Source of the DNA: Pseudovirgaria hyperparasitica
Lineage: Eukaryota
Strand: one strand, 5' to 3'
Length of the DNA stretch: 64,000 nt
Assembly: GCA_010093815.1 (NCBI GenBank)
Contig: ML996572.1
Part shown: positions 54,189-64,000 of the stretch, one piece after another
Numbering within the stretch: position 1 is the stretch's first letter
Layout: every line of letters starts with the position of its first letter
The notes under the pieces: generated by a model
The model's input: the letters and a program-made list of their open reading frames with translations, nothing else
Databases searched by the model: none
What the model was told of the DNA's origin: nothing
Translations under genes and position numbers: made by a program

Positions 54189-56200
54189 TGTTAGGACGGG
54201 AACCACAATAGACCTATATGGACTATTCTAATCCATGTAGCCACGTAGTGGCTAGAGCTAGGTTGAGTTAGCTAAGTTAAGCGAGGTCACTATATAAGTA
54301 GACCGTATAAACCGATTCCTACTCGTTAGGAATTAATCTCGTATAAGAGTAAGATTACTCTATAAATATATTCCTATATCTCTCTATAAACTATTAGACT
54401 ACTATCCCACGTCTTTACTCTTTATATTTTAATTCCTCTCTATATAGTACGACGGTAGCTTATAGAGATAGCTCCTACTACGCGCTATAATACCCGTAGT
54501 ACTACCTTATACGAGAGACTCTCTCTAAATCTAAATGAAGAGAATAGTCTCCCTACGACCACCTCCACCAATAAGTATACTCTATAGACTATCGTACTAA
54601 TAACTAGTATAGTATTCCGTATAACCGTGGAAGATTACCTAGATAATAAGGAAGGAGTCCATTATACTCCATCGCGGTCTAGTTTATACTATACTAGACC
54701 TATCCTTACTATAAGACTAGAACCTATTAACGTTAATAAATTAATTTATTAGAACTAACTAACGTTAACTATACCTTATAATAACGTATATACTAAGCTA
54801 TATACGGAGAGGTAGCGTTAGGCTTAGCTTAAGTAGTAACTTCGTAAACTCGACGAAGCGTAAGAATAAACCGCTAGACTTAAAGCCGCACTACGCGCTT
54901 TAGTACTAGTAGTAACTAACCTATACTAATAGAGACTAACTTAAGCCGAAATAGTCTAACTAAGTCTATTACTATCCTAGTTACCTCAGCCTAAGAAACT
55001 ACCTTACTTTAACGGTAAAACCAGGAGAAGCTTTTATAAATAGGCTTACTAGTATAGCCGATTCTTCTACCTATTTATAAACGATAGTAATAAGATTAGG
55101 TTTATATAGAACTACCTAGACCTAACGCTATCTAAACGTTAGATGGTATATCGAATTAAATACCCTAAGGATGCGTATAACTAGAACACGTTTACCGAAT
55201 TCCTTCTTTAATACTTCGGCGATAGAGCCGAGCGACGCGAATAGACTTAGAGCTATATCTTTAAGACTTAATAGCGAGAGAGATAATCCCCGTTATAACT
55301 CCTTAAATACCTCTAACCTCTTTAGAGAGAAGCTAAGGAAGATTATATGGTTTAATAATACGACGACTTTAAAAGGTCCCTTAACCCGAGTATAAAGGAA
55401 CGTATCGACCTTATAACGTCTATCCCTACTAACCTTTAGGTACTTACAAATCTTATAGAATAATACTAGCGTATAATAAATAACTAACGTCGTATAGGCG
55501 CATGACTATCCCTATTAATCTAATCTAATACGAAATTATCTAAAGAGGACCGGTTTAGTAATAGATCACACGGAATATCTCGTAGGCGCTACTACTCTAT
55601 AAACTCGAGAAGACGAGACCCGTACCACGGATCTTTCTACTAGTCGATATATTAAGACACGAGAAATAACTCGTATAAATAATCTAAAGTTACCTACTAC
55701 ACCTATAGTAGAATAGGCTATATAGCACCCGAGTGCCGCTTAGGGAAACCACCGAATACTAATATAGATACTAAGTTAGTTATATACTATAAGTACTAGT
55801 AGCTAGGATATATCGCGCCTAACTACCCGGTATATAATATAAAAAACTAACTATCTATAAGGAACCCTCGCGACTTATAGACGTAACTAAAATAGAGGGA
55901 TAACTAGCCAACTAGTATATTAAACTATAGGCTAGGCCTATCGAGGTCCCTTATGGATAATATTAGACCGTAATACTTAATAGTAGTTTAGCTACTAACG
56001 TTATATCGACTTAACGAGCACGAGAACTTAACGTCAATATTTAAGTACTAATAGGTGCTACCTTCCATGGTATTAATGGTCCTATTAAATCATAGGGTAT
56101 CTATACTATTAAATATGGTATCTAGGATAGCGGGGGGAAGTGGAAACCCTACTACTTAACCTTTATCGTAGTAGATAGTCCCTTTAACATGATCCTCGGT
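54189..56200 (+). mobile_element. Gypsy element B (relative of A): 5' LTR, gag and protease, RIP-inactivated, interrupted
   Basis: Starts TGTTAGG. Colinear diverged copy of 49080-51091 (shared CACTATATAAGTAGACCGTATA, same two zinc knuckles). Cut after protease FNMILG at 56200. Confidence 0.85.
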
Positions 56201-57501
56201 TGTAAGAATAGAGTTATTAGATAGTAGTATAGTTAGATAGAACAATAGGGTGTATTCTATTATAGAATAAATTACTACCGAACCCTTTCGGTAGGAATCC
56301 GAGAGTATATATATAAAGGGACGCCGATCTATCTAGCATGTGACTATTTACCGCCCTTTACGTCACCTCCTAACCCTATTAGCTAAGGTATATATAGGTC
56401 GGGTCCTACCTAAGGCTAAGTCCTAATAATTATCCCTTCCCTCTAGGAAGCTACCCTTAGTAATCTAGATCGTTACCTATCCCTATATCCCTATCCTAAG
56501 TCTCGTAAGACCTTAGTCGTTCTCTACGCTTCGTCTTAGATACTTACTAATATTCGCCGATCTAAGATTCACACAAGCGTTTTTCTAATAAACTAGATTT
56601 TATCTATCTTAACTTCTTATATAGGTGAGATTACCTAATTAGGCCTAGCGTATCACGTGATATGATTAGGTAAGCCCGGGTGCTACCTATATTAAAATCT
56701 TTTCTTAGAAATATTCCTTTCTTTAAAAAACTTCTTAACTCTTTATAGAGTTTTTTAGATTATTAGGTATATCACCCGATCCTTATAGATATAGATTTAT
56801 ATAGATTTACTATAATTTAGTACGATTTGCGTAATTTACTAATTTTCGTGCCGTCCTTAGCTAGTAATAATATAATTCATAATAATCCGTATAAATTAAT
56901 AATAATCTTAATATAGTTTCCCGAAATCTCGACGCTCTAAAGTAATTAGTACGGAAATAGGCGCCTTTAAATAATCTCTATCTTATATATATTACCGACA
57001 TGTCGAAAGCCATTAATCTACCCTAACCTAGGCCGGGCTCTAATAATCTAGCTATATATTATTATGGTTATCGCTTTCCGTCGTATATTACTTACGGCGG
57101 TACTAAATCTATAATATACGGTACTTATATAACTAAGAAGCGTTATTACTTATAGGTATTTAAGTAAGTTCAAAGAACTTTACGTAGATTTACTTATATT
57201 AGTATAGATTACTACTAGGCCTCTAGTAACCCCTACTAATAAGGAGCGTGGTACTACCAATCGTAACGCCTTAGAGAAGGCTTTCTACGAGCTATATACC
57301 TAAGATAAGAGTTACGCCTAGGAGTACAATTCTAATAAGATCCATAAGAATTTATCGGAATCTACTATAGCTATTATTACCGCGATTACTAGGTAATATC
57401 GTTTTTCTTAAATCGTTATAGATTCTTACTAATATATATTAATCTCTATAATAGTACTAAAATCTCTACTACTTTAGACTTCTTTCTATATACCGGCGAT
57501 A
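56201..57501 (+). mobile_element. Element C: probable LTR (TGTAAG.., to about 56575) plus 5' internal region, interrupted
   Basis: Abrupt TG start in the middle of B's pol frame, TATA-like TATATATAAAG, RIP signature, no similarity to A/B. No gag/pol of its own is visible in the window. Confidence 0.6.
57000..57400 (+). pseudogene. RIP-erased ORF with Zn2Cys6-like cysteine spacing inside element C
   Basis: ATG at 57000. In-frame TAY codons are spaced C-x2-C-x7-C-x7-C-x2-C-x6-C if read as TGY. A GTAAGT donor follows near 57164 and a TAG acceptor near 57207. Confidence 0.45.
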
Positions 57502-57683
57502 TGTTATGGACTTCGGCTTTACCTTGTCTCTAGCATTATATAACGGAGCCGGGACGGATGGAGACTAGTATAGGGGTATCACGTAACCTCGCTTAAGACT
57601 ATACTTAAAGCTATAACTATACGGCTTATCCCTATTCTCTCTAAGTTAAATTATAATATATCTTAGTTACCATTATAGTAACA
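57502..57683 (+). repeat. 5' LTR of element D
   Basis: 182 bp bounded by the inverted termini TGTTA...TAACA. The flanks differ (CGATA / CCTTA), so it is not a solo LTR. gag follows. Confidence 0.72.
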
Positions 57684-60600
57684 CCTTAGTTATATCTATT
57701 ATATTAATTTAATTTTAATTATCTCTTTCTATACGTGGCCTTATAGTATAAGATAGTCTTAACCCGTAAGACTCTAATCTAATACGGTAACTCTCTAACT
57801 TCTTCCTTAGCTTTCGGGACGAGATACGGTCTATCTATAAGTCTATTACGGCCGTCTAAGCGGTAAGCGAGTCTCGGATATCTAATATTAAATATAGTAT
57901 CTATACGGCTCTATAACGTATCGACGCCCGCCTCCTTACGGTCGAGTTACATAGCTATACTCCCGCCACCTTAACTTATGGCGACTCGTCCCTACCCTAG
58001 CCCGACTCCTCCCTAGTAGCGCCCTAACGCCTATATAGGCCCGAACTAGCCTTTCCTACACGCGCTCCGGCCTTACCACTTCCTACGCCGTATATTATAC
58101 TCGACTAGACTCCTAAGAGGAAGCCCCTCCCCCTTAGCGACCCGTATAATAGATCTAAGGCCCTCTTCCGTATATGGTCTATCACGATACGGTATAAGAT
58201 TACCCGGGATACCGACTTTATCGGTATCTATAGAGACTAAATAGCCCTTATTTAGGCTAATCTAGCGCCTAAGGTATAGAGGGGGGTTAGCGCCGTGTAT
58301 TCCACTAGGGGGCTAAACGGCGACTAGGACCCGTACGCGTTCTTAGACTACCTTAAATTCTAGTTCGGAGACACACATGCCAAAGAGCGGGCCCTCTAGC
58401 GGTTAAATATAATTACGTAAAAGGTAAAGGAGCCGTTCACGGAGTACTTCGTGCGGTTCTATACTACTCTCTAGAAGGCTAGGAGAATATACTAGACTAA
58501 TAACTAGAAGCTTATACGGCTCTAGGACGGCCTTAACTAGGAGACCTAGGCGGTAGCCCTAAACTAGGGCCTCCTAGACTAGTACGAGGCCGCCGTAGGC
58601 CGCCTTCGGGATATTAGTATAAATATAGAGTTATTCTAGCTCCGCACTAGGTAAAGCGCCGCATCTTAAAATAGACCTAGTAAGGATAAGGACGGCGACA
58701 CGACGATGTCGGTAGTCGCTATTAAGGCTATTAAGATAAAGGGTAAGGAGCGAGCCGTGTCCCTAATAGTAAAGGGTAGGGACGGGGTTAAGAAGAAAGA
58801 GACTCCTTTATGGATTCTGAAGAACTTATTCTAGGAGCGTCGCACGGCGGGCGTGTATACCCGGTACGGCTAGGCTAGCTACTAATACCGGGGCTGTCTA
58901 AACGCTATTAATATACGAGCGCTTAAGGTTACGGCCCTAGCTTAGAATAATACTAATTCTAACTCTAAGGCGGGGGAAGCATAGCCCCCTACTAAAGCCC
59001 GGGTTAGGGGACGTTACTATATTTAGTAAGGAACGAAGCTATAGGCAACCCGGATAACAGCTCCGACCTAGAGGATAGCACGCCCGCTTGGGTTATAGAT
59101 GGACCCCTACCCGTTATATCGCTATTCCTCTAGAATAGAAAGTATATAGATACCTTAGTAGATATAGAGTACGAGTGTTTTATAGCGGTTAGCCCGGCCC
59201 TTATAGCGGACGTGGCTAAGTCGTGTATCTCGGTCCTATATCGTCGAGTAGCTCTCGCCGCTAATAGAGTGTTAGAACTAGAGATTACGGAAGTCGTTAC
59301 TATCTAGTATAATATCGCGGGGTGGCGATAATATCTTACCGCCTATATAGTACCCGGGCTAGACCGGGACCTTATCCTTAGGAGCCTATGGCTCTACTAG
59401 GCCGGCGCCGTTATTAATATACGCGTGGGTAAAATCACGCTTTACCGCGCCCACGGCCTTATAGCCCGGGATATTAATACCTATAGGCGCCTAATAAGTA
59501 TCCGGGTCCTTACTAAGAAGGGCCGTATTCCTAGGGGTCTAGAGACGGCTTACCGCCGTAGGCGAGTAGTCGCTACTAGTATCCGCGACGTTACCCGCCT
59601 CCTATAACTTATACTCCCCTAGTCACCTCCGGTACCCGACTAGGACGTGACCGAGCTTACGGAGAATAGGCGCCCGCTCCTATTAACGCTATATGCCTAC
59701 TATAATCTCTTTAATAAGGAAAAGGCGTCGGCGCTACCTCCCTATAGAGGGAACACTAACTACTATATCTATATTAAGTCTATACCAGCGGGAACCTCTA
59801 TAAACCTCCCCTAGGGACCGCTCTACGCTATGTCTCGGGAATAACTCGTAGAGCTCTATCGCTAGCTTATAGATCTTATAGATAAGGGATAGATACGGGC
59901 TAGCTCCTTAGCGGCCGGGGCGCTAGTACTTCTTATCTCTAAGCCGGGAGGGAAGTAGTAGCTATATATCGACTATAGGGCCCTTAATAGTATTACCGAA
60001 TAGAACCGATACCCGCTACCACTCATACGCGAGACCCTATATACCATTAGTAATGCGTCGTGGTTTAGTAAGGTGGACATCCGGGCGGTATTTTATAAAC
60101 TATAGGTTACCGCCGGGGACGAATATAAGATAGCCTTCCGTACCCGGTTCGGCCTCTTTAAATAGATAGTTCTCCCTTTCGGTCTCTCCGGCGCCCCTAC
60201 CTCCTTCTAGCGCTATATTAACGGGGTACTAAGCGGGGTCCTCGGGGTTACCTATATAGCGTATCTCGATAATATCCTTATATACACCCTAGGCACGTTA
60301 GAAGACCACTAGGCCACCGTAAAAACTATCCTATCTCTCCTTATAAAGGCGGACCTTTACTATAACCTTACTAAATACCGTTTTACTACTAAGAAGGTCC
60401 GGTACCTAGGTTACGTTATTACTACTAGGGAGTTAATCCGCTCTAACCCGGAGAAGATTACTACTATCCGGGACTAGAAGCCTCCGACTACGGTCCGGGG
60501 CGTCTAGCGGTTTATTAGATTCGTAAACTTCTACTATAACTTCCTCTCTAACTTCTCTACCATGGCGGCTCTACTCCACGCCCTTACTAAGACTAGGATA

Positions 60601-63600
60601 GTCTTCTACTAGGGCCCGGCCGAGGATCGCGCGTTTAATACGCTAAAGAATGCTTTTATTACTAGGCTAATCCTCTAGTCCTAGAACGAGATACGCGATA
60701 TAATAGTTAAGGCGGATTACTCCGGACACGCGGTAGGTAGATACCTATTCTAAAAGGTTCGGGGTATTTAGTACCTAGTAGCCTACTATTCCGCGGCCCT
60801 CACGGCCGCTTAGCGGAACTATATAATCTATAATAAGAAGCTCCTTATAGTAGTTTAGTATCTCTAGGCGTAGGAACCTAAGCTCCGAAGCGTCTACCGC
60901 CCCTTCACGGTCTATATAGACTATAAAAACCTCGAGTACTTTACTAAGTCTTACCTTCTTATCCCACGGTAGTAATAATAGTCCGACTAGCTTATACTAT
61001 TTAACTACGACCTTATATACTAGCCGGGATTCTAGGCGGCCCGCCCGGATACCCTAAGCTACCGTAACTAGAACTTATCTAAAAAGTCCCTCCTAAGGGG
61101 ACGGCTTATAACCCTACGGGCTATTAGAATAGCACTAGTAAGCACCCGCTCTAGGGAGTCCTATCTCCCCTAGGGACGAAGTATCTTTACCGACCCCCAT
61201 CTCTAGGAGCTCTAGGACTAGGCTATTTAGTTAGTCCCGGTATACCGGGCCCGCCACGGGGCCGTAGTAGGTAGGACACGCCTCTTTCTACCGGAGGCGC
61301 TTACTACTAAATAGGTTATAGACTACGCCATATCGGTATACGGAATACTAATATAGCGGGGGGTTATTTAGATGCCCGAGTAGGAACCCCTTACTATAAC
61401 TATTATCTAGAAGTTCTATACCTCCCCCCTCGCGGGCTATCCCGGTAAGAATAAGACTTATATAGCTATTTAGCGGGAGTACTACTAGAAGTAGATATAG
61501 GCTAATGTCCGGTAGTTCGTACGAAACTATAACTACTATAGGGCCTACGTAAACCGACGTAAGGCCCCTAGTCTCCTCTAGCCTCTTCTAACGCTAGACC
61601 GGTTCTAGTCCTAAATTTCTATGGATTTTATAACCGACCTCCCCTAATCGGACCCGTCCTAGCCCTAATATCTTCTTATTATTATAGACCGGCTCTTAAA
61701 GTTTATTTAGCTAGAGGCGATAACCTCTATAGTGGCCGAAGACTACGCTACGCGGTTCCGTGATACGTAGTAGCGTTTCTAGGGGTTTCCCTAGTTAATA
61801 ATCACGGACTAGGGCTCGGACTAGCTTAGGTAGTTCTAGATAACCCTCTACTCTATAATAGGTATACGCTAGGATCTCTCTATGGCCTACTACCCGTAGA
61901 TGGATAGTAGTACTAAGCGTATAAACTAGGAGATATAGGCCGTACTACGCGTTATAGTAACTTTTAAGTAAACTAACTAGCCGGAATATCTCCCGGTATA
62001 TTAGCTCGCCCTTAATAACCGTACCTCGTTAGTAACCGGCATGGCGCTAAACTTACTTCTAAACGGATACCACGTCAAACTATTACTATAGTAGCTACTC
62101 TCTAATACCTCTACGACCTCGGCGAAAGATCAGGCTATGAATTTCCTTAAACACCTTTAAAATAGCACTACCTTAGCTTAAGTAGCTATTACCTAGGCCG
62201 AGTAGCGCTCCTAAGACTCGGTAAACTAGTTACGACGCCCGGCCGAGCGTTTTAAGGTCGGCGATATAGTATAGTTCTCCCTCCGGAATATAAAGACTAA
62301 CCGCCCGAGCTAGAAGCTCGACTAGCTATAGGTAAAATACCGGGTTATAGCCTAACCCACCTCCTTAATAGTAACCCTCGACCTCCCCGGAGACCTTTAT
62401 AAAATAGTCTATATAAGCCTTATCGAGCGCGCCGTAGAGGACCCCCTACCTAGCTAAGAGCGGCTTAATACCCGCCCGGGCCTAGCGCTTAAGCTTAATA
62501 AAGTAGACGAGGACGTCGCGGAGTATAAGGTTAAGAACATCCTATATATAAAAAATATATAGAGGCGGAATAAGCGATAGGTGCTCGTAAAGTAGAAAGG
62601 GTAGTTATAACTAATATAGGTCCTACTTAAGGACGTAGAAGATACTAAGGCGCTAGACTAGTTCGAGTCTAGATATGGCGACGCTCGATTATATAATAGC
62701 CTATAACTCTAACGCATCCCTAAGTAGTAATATTACTCTACTATTATAGGCCTACGGCGGCCCTAATAACCTAATATAAGAGTAGAGATTTTAGGAAAGA
62801 AAGAAATAAACGCCGAACGCTAGTACCTAGTATAACCTAATAATAAACCAACACCCGCCTTAAGACATGAAAAGGTTATTTACCTAGCTCTACCCTAGGT
62901 TTACACGGCGCTAGGGCCGGTACCGTTCTTATCTATAAATCCTAATATAAGGTTAGTTACCTAGTCCTCCCCTAGGCCGTCTCCTAATAATAGTAGCGGC
63001 TATTAATCTAGGCGGGTAGCGAGGGTAAGTCGTACTCGTCTACGGGAGGGTTATAGCGGGGGTAGGCCGGCGACCGATAGCGGCGTAACGCTTAACGATC
63101 CTCACGGGAATAGTGCCGACGGCTACCTAAGCGATAGCGATAGTCGTGCGACTAGTCCTAATAGTTATATAACCGGTTACGATAGCGGGGAGACTAATCA
63201 CGGCGGGCGGGGGACCGGCTACGACGCTTATAGAACTAGGAGCGGTCACGGTAGTAAGGAGGGGTCCGGGACTAATAATAAGGCGGCGAGGACTTATAAG
63301 GAGGGGTGGTAATAGGGAGCTAGGGGGGCCTAATAGGGCGATAGCGAGAGCTCCGAGTCGGCGACTCCCTATAGCCTATGGGCTAGGGTCGGCGCGAGCG
63401 GCTACTATCTAATAAGGGCTCCTTATCCTCTATAACTACCTAAGTAATAAGGCGGCGAGATAGTAGCTCCGCTAGGCGGGCCAACCCGGATACGACTTAC
63501 TATATAGTACCCTACATCACGCGTTAGAATAGGTATTTAGACTTATAAAGCTTATATACCTATAAGGTACCGATACTAGTACGTAGCTTATCTATCTAGG

Positions 63601-64000
63601 CCTCGTTATAGGATACGTACTAATTTATCTAGTAAATCACGCTACTAATCTAGCCACGGTTACTACTACCGCGATACGGCGGCTTAAATAATATTATAGC
63701 GCCATGATAAGGCGTTATAGAAGCCTAACTAACGATACTAGCGTTATATCACGCGACGTAGATAATCTCTAAGTTAGACTTATAGTCCTCGTATAGGCGG
63801 TAGAACTTAGAGTTTATACGCGGCCACTTACTAGATAAAGGCTTTATCGGGTCTAGGCCGCGACTACTATAATCCGTTATATGGCTAAAGTTATTATTAA
63901 CCGACTTATGCATAAACTTTTTAAGACGACTCTACGCCTTATATAAGGCCGGATACATGGCGAGCTCCTTAGTATCCTATAAGTAGGTCCCCTTCGATAT
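57502..64000 (+). mobile_element. Ty3/Gypsy chromovirus element D, RIP-inactivated, running off the window end
   Basis: gag (FLDYL..FGD..AKERA; CCHC near 58855-58900), protease near 59150, RT (YLDD read as TAT CTC GAT AAT at 60262), RNase H, integrase, and chromodomain at about 62520-62670 (EYEVE.I...VLVKWKG..TW after reversing RIP). No 3' LTR before 64000. Confidence 0.88.

Noticed and set aside
49080..54390. Reading 49080 and 54189 as the paired LTRs of one complete element
   Set aside because: The two termini are too diverged beyond RIP-type changes, the second is followed by its own gag, it truncates the chromodomain, and no polypurine tract precedes it.
51061..59607. ORF-track entries 51061-51384, 55171-55395 and 59425-59607
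   Set aside because: An N-gap artefact and residual stop-free patches inside RIP-destroyed retroelements.

Overview
Filamentous ascomycete genomic DNA; the EF-1alpha sequence looks Dothideomycete-like (inference). Evidence: spliceosomal introns with CTRAC branch points and RIP-mutated repeats. The window has three zones. (1) 1-40.5 kb is ordinary gene space: a secreted Alt a 1-family protein, NmrA-like protein, membrane protein, degenerate tRNA-like Pol III element, secreted alpha/beta hydrolase, ThDP-dependent 2-oxoacid decarboxylase, intradiol dioxygenase, complex I NDUFS5 subunit (missed by the ORF track), TEF1, APH-like kinase, SLS1/RMP1, EFM4, a low-complexity protein, AIM18 and a degenerate RAD51 paralog. 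(2) 41.6-48.4 kb holds three intact secondary-metabolite tailoring genes: a trans-enoyl reductase and two divergent P450s. They resemble the tenellin/aspyridone/leporin 2-pyridone set, but no PKS-NRPS is visible in the window. (3) 48.8-64 kb is an AT-rich, heavily RIP-mutated block that I resolve as four LTR retroelements nested one inside the next. One carries a RIP-erased Zn2Cys6-like, apparently intron-containing ORF behind its LTR. All family assignments come from motif recognition by eye; no database search was run.
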